Shown here: positions 63,659 to 64,000 of the stretch, in pieces
Layout: every line of letters begins with the position of its first letter
Numbering within the stretch: the first letter of the stretch is position 1
DNA from: Candidatus Latescibacterota bacterium
GTDB taxonomy: Bacteria; Latescibacterota; UBA2968; UBA8231
Length of the DNA: 64,000 nt
Reading direction: 5' to 3'
Assembly: GCA_965248355.1 (NCBI GenBank)
Contig: OZ252098.1
Location: 3,168,001-3,232,000, forward strand
Notes under the pieces: generated by a model
Databases searched by the model: none
Seen by the model: the letters and a program-made list of their open reading frames with translations, nothing else
What the model was told of the DNA's origin: nothing
Position numbers and translations under genes: made by a program

Positions 63659-64000
63659 TGACTCCCTCGTAGAAACCCGGTTGTTGGCGAGGCGGTTTGT
63701 TCTCTGAGTTGAATGTTCGTCAGGCGGGGGATCGAGGGGGGCCAGGGCAGGAGAGCGGCGATGGGACGACTCTTGGCCAGAGAGCCTCGAAGCGGCCTTC
63801 TGCGAGGCCCTGTGAGGCCTTCCGACCGGCCCCGCGGGCCGGCCTTCAGGCCATCCCGGGCCCCGGAGTGGCCGCTTCCGGCATGCAGGCGCACAGCATT
63901 CTCTTGACGTTGCAGGCCAGGGCTTTCAAGTGGACGGCCAGGGTCACGCGGGGTTGCCCTCGCACACGCACAGTCCCCAATCCGTGCCGACGTTTCAGCT
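63659..64000 (-). mobile_element. End of an IS1182/IS5-like element (transposase C-terminus 63846 to >63998, cut by window edge)
   Basis: LKRRHGLGTVRVRGQPRVTLAVHLKALACNVKR*; probable terminal IR TGACTCCCTCGTAGAAA near 63659. Confidence 0.65.

Overview
GC-rich (about 70% by eye) bacterial chromosomal segment. FlgD/T9SS-like C-terminal domains, several PhyH and Gfo/Idh/MocA enzymes, an internalin-like LRR protein and mfd-ppiC-surA synteny suggest an FCB-group organism such as Latescibacterota (inference only). About 3.1-14.8 kb is a lower-GC accessory island. It holds a large nuclease-STAND ATPase-helical repeat gene (Avs-like defence candidate) cut by IS66, IS1380 and ISAzo13, with an ISKra4/ISLre2-like IS nested in the ISAzo13, plus IS91/ISCR-like ends and gene remnants. 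At 16.9-19.5 kb a complete but circularly permuted ABC-permease gene sits inside a Gfo/Idh/MocA gene between 4-bp GACC junctions, with no mobility gene. Other highlights: a probable selenoprotein peroxiredoxin (in-frame UGA in UxxC plus a SECIS-like hairpin), a DUF455 ferritin-like/ATP-grasp fusion coupled to PhzF, VapBC with an operator palindrome, and a groES-less groEL with a CIRCE element. The rest is catabolic and housekeeping genes (mtnP, cysK, moaC, argF, mfd, yfbR). All family calls come from motif recognition; no searches were run.
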